Shown here piece after piece: positions 14,526 to 14,815 of a DNA stretch of 14,815 bases (the first letter of the stretch is position 1; each line of letters starts with the position of its first letter). Under the pieces are notes generated by a model, which saw only the letters and a list, made by a program, of their open reading frames with translations, ran no database searches and was not told the origin of the DNA. A program made the position numbers and the translations under genes. Origin of the DNA: Thermoanaerobaculia bacterium (lineage in GTDB: Bacteria; Acidobacteriota; Thermoanaerobaculia; Multivoradales; UBA5704); NCBI GenBank assembly GCA_044226625.1, contig JBGAGQ010000103.1, forward strand, positions 1 to 14,815, written 5' to 3'.

Positions 14526-14815
14526 CTCCCCCGCAAGCGGGGGAGAAGCAGCTTCGCTGAGAGGATGTGAGAACTGGAGCAAGGGCGGCGTGCGAACGCT
14601 CGGGCGTGAAGAGAGACGGGCGGGCTTCTGCACCCCCGCTTGCGGGGGGGAGAAACGCTAGCGGGAAGGATGTGAGAACTGGAGCAGGGCGAGGCGCAGA
14701 CGCTCGGGCGTGAAGAGAGACGGGCGGGCTTCCTCCCCCGCTTGCGGGGGAGGAAACGCTTCGCTGAGAGGATGTGAGAACTGGGCGGGGCGGGGCGCAG
14801 ACGCTCGGGCGTGAA
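14526..14815. repeat. ~102-105-bp tandem repeats (3 copies, last truncated), each with a REP-like palindrome CCCCCGC-WW-GCGGGGG
   Basis: Hairpins at 14526-14545, 14633-14648 and 14730-14755. GGATGTGAGAACTGG at 14563, 14668 and 14770. ACGCTCGGGCGTGAAGAGAGACGGGCGGGCTTC at 14596, 14700 and (partial) 14801. Confidence 0.88.

Noticed and set aside
14526-14815. CRISPR array with palindromic repeats
   Set aside because: The sequences between hairpins are near-identical between units, so they are not unique spacers.

Overview
GC-rich bacterial chromosomal window. Left half (minus strand): a GABA/polyamine-catabolism-like run of gabT, a succinate-semialdehyde dehydrogenase, a thiolase and a truncated PuuD-like peptidase C26. 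It is interrupted by two RelE/ParE + TIGR02574-type toxin-antitoxin pairs and a lower-GC exported DUF3251-like gene. Middle: a 6-pyruvoyltetrahydropterin synthase paralog with the PTPS-III (ExxHGH) signature, a stand-alone LanC cyclase, and a ZnuD-like TonB-dependent receptor. The receptor is preceded by a small His/CxxC protein ending in RAPP (DUF2946/CruR-like ribosome-arrest leader). Right: a PD-(D/E)XK nuclease fused to an Fe-S DinG/XPD helicase, then about 960 bp of probably non-coding DNA. That DNA holds a 15-unit, 20-bp-period CGTCCCR-N6-G-N6 array and ~103-bp REP-like tandem repeats. Five genes have a TANNNT -10 box 6-8 nt before the ATG, suggesting leaderless transcription. All family calls come from motif recognition by eye, with no database searches.
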